IMG/VR virus record: IMGVR_UViG_3300037400_002947
Span: 54,999-118,998 of that record
From: a virus
Taxonomy: Duplodnaviria > Caudoviricetes
Length of the DNA stretch: 64,000 nt
Reading direction: 5' to 3' (one strand)
The position numbers were made by a program, and so were the translations under genes. The notes below the pieces were generated by a model. That model was not told where the DNA came from. It ran no database searches and saw nothing but the letters and a program-made list of their open reading frames with translations. Shown piece after piece: positions 60,046 through 64,000 of this stretch (within the stretch, counting starts at the first letter, position 1; each line of letters opens with the position of its first letter).

Positions 60046-63000
60046 TGAATTATTATAACTACCATAAACACACTCATGTTTCTTCAATATACACACCGGA
60101 CTCGAACGAACATGCAGAGGCGTATATAAAAGAAATAGCGGAGCGCGGTGGCGGTAGTTATTGTACGCTTGAGCACGGATCTATGGGGGATATCTTCGAG
60201 GCAAAAACGCTGTGTAAAAAGTACGGAGTTAAATGTCTGCCTGGAATTGAAGGATATATTGTACCCAATCCGCTTGAAAAGGACAAAAGTAATTACCATA
60301 TTGTCATTCTTCCGAGAACCGACAAGGCGAGGAAGAAAGTGAATCTGATTTCAAGCCGTGCGAACATAGAAGGTTATTACTACAAGCCGAGAATCTTTCC
60401 GGAAGATTTGCTTGCTTTGGATAAAAACGATGTTTTTATCACAACGGCCTGTGTTGCAGGACTGCTGAAAGACGAGAGCTCTATAACAAACATTTTTTAT
60501 CCGCTGTTCCAACATTTTGAGAACAATATTTTTCTTGAGGTACAAGCACACAATGCCGATGTACAGAAGGATATCAATCGCAAGGCGCTTGCCTTAGCTG
60601 ACGATTTTGGATTAAAAATAGTTGCAGCGAATGATAGTCACTATGTATTTCCAGAGGGGAGAATGGAGCGGCTTGAACTTCTTCGAGGAAAACATATTGA
60701 TTATGGCGATGAAGATACTTTCATCCTTGACTTTCCGACTGAAGAGACGATGGTCGAGAGATTCAAAGAACAAGGTATCCTTTCTGACGAACAAATAACA
60801 TCGGCCATTGAAAACACCTTGTTACTTCAGGAATGCGAAGAAATTGATATTGATTACAGCATCAAGATGCCGACGATTTACCCGCATCTTTCTCTTAATG
60901 AGAGAGTAGATTTGCTGAAATCGGAAGTTAAAAAACGATTCGACGTTATTAAAAAGGAAGAAAACATAACCGGAGATGAACTCAAACGGTATGAGGATGG
61001 AATCGCTGCCGAGATGCAGACGATTGTGGATACAAATGACGTAATCCACACCGCTGACTACTTTCTTTTTAATGAAAAAAACGTTGCTTTAGCCACGAAA
61101 AAATATGGCGGCGTCTTAACTCGCGGAGGTAGGGGATCTTGCGGATCGTTCTATATCAACAGAATTCTTGGCATGACGCAGCTCGACAGATTTAAGATTA
61201 ATCTTCCACTGTTCCCAGAAAGATTTATGTCTACGGCGAGACTGCTTGAAAATCGTGCGCTTCCGGACATCGATTACAATTGTAAGGAGCAAGAGCCGTT
61301 CGTAAAAGCATCTCGTGAATTATTGGGCGAACACGGATGCTATCCTATGGTAGCCTATGGTACGATGCAGCTTGGCGAAGCGTTTAGAAATGTCTGTCGA
61401 TCAAAGGGATTGGAGTTTGAAGACTTTAATGATGTGGCCAAAGATATCGAGAGTCATATGAATGATGCTAAGTGGAAACCGCTGATTGAAGAAGCGCAAA
61501 AATATGTAGGGACAATCGTCAGCGCATCAGTACATCCGTGCGCTCATATTCTTAGCAATGAAGATTTGCGTTCTGAATATGGCGTAGTTAGGCTTGGCGA
61601 TTTTCTTTGTGTCATGATTACTTCGTCCGAGGCCGATGAATACAAGGTTCTAAAGAACGATTATCTCGTTGTTAAAGTTTGGAAATTAATTGACGAAACC
61701 TTTAAAGAAGTCGGAATCCCTATTCCTCCGGCAAAAGAGATTTTAGACAGTATTAAGGATGACAAGCGTATTTGGGACTTGTTTAAGAACGGAATTACGA
61801 CGACATTGAATCAGGTAGACAGCGACAATGGAACCCAGCAAGCCAAGAGATATGGAATATCTTCATTTGAAGAAGGCGCTTTCATAGCTGCCGCAATTAG
61901 GCCATCCTTCGATTCATGGAGAGAACAGTTCCTAAGTAAGAAGCCGTATTCCACAGGCTCGAAAGACTTAGATAACGTTCTGTCTATGACCGATCATTAT
62001 ATTTTATTTCAAGAGAATTTAATGCAGTACTTCGACTGGCTTGGCGTTTCTCCGGCTGAGTCAATTGGTTTAATTAAGAAGATTTCCAAGAAGAAAATCC
62101 ACCAAGAGGATTTTGATTCTCTTGAAGAAAGACTAAAGAAAAACTGGATTGCTCAGACCGGATCGGAAAAAATGTTTTCTGAAACATGGAAGTTGGTCCA
62201 GTCATGCATCTCTTATGGATTTTGCAGCGCACATGCCGCCGCCACGAGCCTTGATATGTGTTACGGAGCATACTGTAAGGTGCATTATCCGTATGAATAC
62301 TACAGTGTTTGCTTTAACAATTACTCAGGAGATGAAGAGCGAACTGCTAAATTAAAAAATGAACTTAAATATTTTGGAATTACTCTTAGAGGAATTAAGT
62401 TTGGACATTCAAACGCCAAGTATTCTTATGATAAAAAAGAACACATTATTTACAAGGGATTAGAGTCGGTCAAATTTATGAACGCCACAGTTGCGGACGA
62501 AATCTATGCTCTTCGCGACAATAATTATCGTAGTTTCACGGATTTATTGTACGACCTGCGAGACAAAACAAGCATCAACTCTCGACAGCTGGACATTTTG
62601 ATTCATCTTGATTTCTTTTCGCAGTTCGGGAGTATTGGCAAGCTTGAATATATGGCAATTAGATTTGACAATCTAGCAGACAAAAAAGTAATTCCGAGAG
62701 ATAAGCTTGAAAGTCTTTGCCTTACGCCGGAAGTATTACGGATGTTCTGCGACAAGGAAACTCCGACAAGAATAGATGAAATTGATGTTGAGCGGTGGGC
62801 TAAAGACACCGGTAACGATGTGTCGGATTGCACAAAGCGCACAGGCGGCTACAGTACGGTGCGCGTGATGAAGAAGTTTAATCTTGAGCAAACGCCGGAT
62901 TTACTGCCGTATGCAACTAAGATTGTAATTGGTAGGTTCTCTGAGATTCATAATCGTGAACTGCTACAATATCTCGAAAACACGAGCGCTGCACAGGAGA

Positions 63001-63362
63001 CGCCGCTTAAGAACAAGTTACTTTATCAGTTAGAGTATCTTGGTTATATTGACTACACAGACCCATCCGAGGATCCGCGCAAGGTTGTGGTGATGAATCT
63101 CGACACAAAGTATTCGCCGAAGTTCACGGCATACTGCATCAAGTCTGGTGCGACCTGCGAGATGAGAGTGCATTCTCGAAAGGACGGACGGCGCAAAGAT
63201 ATTAAGACGACGTTTAAGGACACACCGTTTGGCAATGGTGACATATTATATATGAAGAAATGCGAGAAACGTCCTCGTCAGAAGAAGGTCGGTGACGAGT
63301 GGGTGAAGGTACCGGGAGAATACAACTGGTGGCTCACTGAGTACGAACACTTGACAATATAA
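60042..63362 (+). CDS. dnaE: DNA polymerase III alpha subunit
   Basis: PHP YHKHTH and ANDSHY, GRGS, LPDID, HPCA, LFQE, SYGF..AHA. Confidence 0.93.
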   Translation: MMNYYNYHKHTHVSSIYTPDSNEHAEAYIKEIAERGGGSYCTLEHGSMGDIFEAKTLCKKYGVKCLPGIEGYIVPNPLEKDKSNYHIVILPRTDKARKKVNLISSRANIEGYYYKPRIFPEDLLALDKNDVFITTACVAGLLKDESSITNIFYPLFQHFENNIFLEVQAHNADVQKDINRKALALADDFGLKIVAANDSHYVFPEGRMERLELLRGKHIDYGDEDTFILDFPTEETMVERFKEQGILSDEQITSAIENTLLLQECEEIDIDYSIKMPTIYPHLSLNERVDLLKSEVKKRFDVIKKEENITGDELKRYEDGIAAEMQTIVDTNDVIHTADYFLFNEKNVALATKKYGGVLTRGGRGSCGSFYINRILGMTQLDRFKINLPLFPERFMSTARLLENRALPDIDYNCKEQEPFVKASRELLGEHGCYPMVAYGTMQLGEAFRNVCRSKGLEFEDFNDVAKDIESHMNDAKWKPLIEEAQKYVGTIVSASVHPCAHILSNEDLRSEYGVVRLGDFLCVMITSSEADEYKVLKNDYLVVKVWKLIDETFKEVGIPIPPAKEILDSIKDDKRIWDLFKNGITTTLNQVDSDNGTQQAKRYGISSFEEGAFIAAAIRPSFDSWREQFLSKKPYSTGSKDLDNVLSMTDHYILFQENLMQYFDWLGVSPAESIGLIKKISKKKIHQEDFDSLEERLKKNWIAQTGSEKMFSETWKLVQSCISYGFCSAHAAATSLDMCYGAYCKVHYPYEYYSVCFNNYSGDEERTAKLKNELKYFGITLRGIKFGHSNAKYSYDKKEHIIYKGLESVKFMNATVADEIYALRDNNYRSFTDLLYDLRDKTSINSRQLDILIHLDFFSQFGSIGKLEYMAIRFDNLADKKVIPRDKLESLCLTPEVLRMFCDKETPTRIDEIDVERWAKDTGNDVSDCTKRTGGYSTVRVMKKFNLEQTPDLLPYATKIVIGRFSEIHNRELLQYLENTSAAQETPLKNKLLYQLEYLGYIDYTDPSEDPRKVVVMNLDTKYSPKFTAYCIKSGATCEMRVHSRKDGRRKDIKTTFKDTPFGNGDILYMKKCEKRPRQKKVGDEWVKVPGEYNWWLTEYEHLTI

Positions 63363-63378
63363 CTGCTATTGGTATAAT
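63351..63378 (+). promoter_or_regulatory. Sigma-A promoter nearly identical to the leftward promoter at 22468-22495
   Basis: TTGACAATATAACTGCTATTGGTATAAT, 26/28 identical. Confidence 0.8.
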
Positions 63379-63544
63379 AAGGTTAGAAGAGGTGACAAAT
63401 GCGCCTCGTCCTCGACGGTATTGAGGGACGTCCTTATTGAGTAGGTTTGGCACATACCTCTCTGCGGAGAAAATGTGCCATTATGAAGATTGATTCAGTT
63501 AACGCACATGAACGAGGACGATGAAATGAGGCGAAAGAAAGATA

Positions 63545-64000
63545 ATGCAATCAAAAGTTAAGGCGGAATACCCTTATGACGACTACTATATTTACGTCGT
63601 AAATCATAAAAAAGAAGGAAGGAGATATGCAGTGCTGTATCCTATAGACAGCACAGCCAACAAAAGAACAACTATTAGCTACGCAAGATATTTAATGTCT
63701 GTAAAAGAGGGTAGAATCCTTACTCAGGACGAGCAAGTGGATCATATAGACGAAGACAGAACTAACGATAAACTGGAGAATCTTCAGATATTAACAAAGG
63801 AAGAAAACATTGCGAAGAATAATAAAACAAGAAATAAAATGTTGGTTTTGCTGAAGTGCCCATGCTGCAATAGCTTATTTATTCGACCAAGGAATCAGAC
63901 TCATTTAGTAAAGAATGGCACGTACACTGCCTGTTGCAGACATTGTGCCGGTAGTTTTATTCATAAAATTAATAATGATGATGCAAAGAAAAGAATGGAC
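63545..64000 (+). CDS. HNH homing endonuclease (partial, runs off window)
   Basis: ATG 63545; ISYARYLM...QVDHIDEDRTNDKLENLQIL..EEN, then CPCC. Confidence 0.85.
   Translation, partial: MQSKVKAEYPYDDYYIYVVNHKKEGRRYAVLYPIDSTANKRTTISYARYLMSVKEGRILTQDEQVDHIDEDRTNDKLENLQILTKEENIAKNNKTRNKMLVLLKCPCCNSLFIRPRNQTHLVKNGTYTACCRHCAGSFIHKINNDDAKKRMD

Noticed and set aside
63401-63440. 5' half of an intron-split tRNA
   Set aside because: A D-arm-like hairpin exists, but U8 and the anticodon register do not fit and no 3' half is in the window.
1-64000. Numerous overlapping antisense or alternate-frame ORFs in the track; DGR or retron
   Set aside because: They are shadows of genes with clear motifs and RBSs; no reverse transcriptase or template/variable repeat pair was seen.

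Overview
A 64-kb segment of a large temperate Firmicutes (probably Clostridia-type) phage or prophage organised like Bacillus phage SPbeta. The left arm (1-22445, minus strand) carries the head and packaging genes (capsid, protease/scaffold, portal, both terminase subunits), a metallophosphoesterase, ClpP, HU and a YonO-like single-subunit RNA polymerase. It also carries a cysteine desulfurase, RNA ligase, dUTPase, an intein-containing cytosine methyltransferase and a macro-domain protein. An AT-rich divergence region (about 22.5-23.2 kb) separates it from the right arm (plus strand). The right arm holds many small early genes, a methyltransferase cluster, a yopP/yopQ/yopR(MrpR)-like lysogeny trio and the replication genes (AAA ATPase, SSB, DnaB, DnaG, PD-(D/E)XK nuclease, DnaE). 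The most notable observations are: (1) a ~630-nt structured RNA, ROOL-like, closed by a perfect 19-bp terminal helix inside the late operon; (2) a twister ribozyme ending a ~400-nt structured leader of the first rightward gene; (3) an intact HNH endonuclease fused in frame inside a methyltransferase with no intein or intron signals; (4) a dispersed AATATAAC motif that overlaps sigma-A promoters and precedes ribosome-binding sites, a probable repressor operator; (5) an atypical tRNA with an 8-nt anticodon loop. All family calls come from motif recognition by eye; no searches were run.
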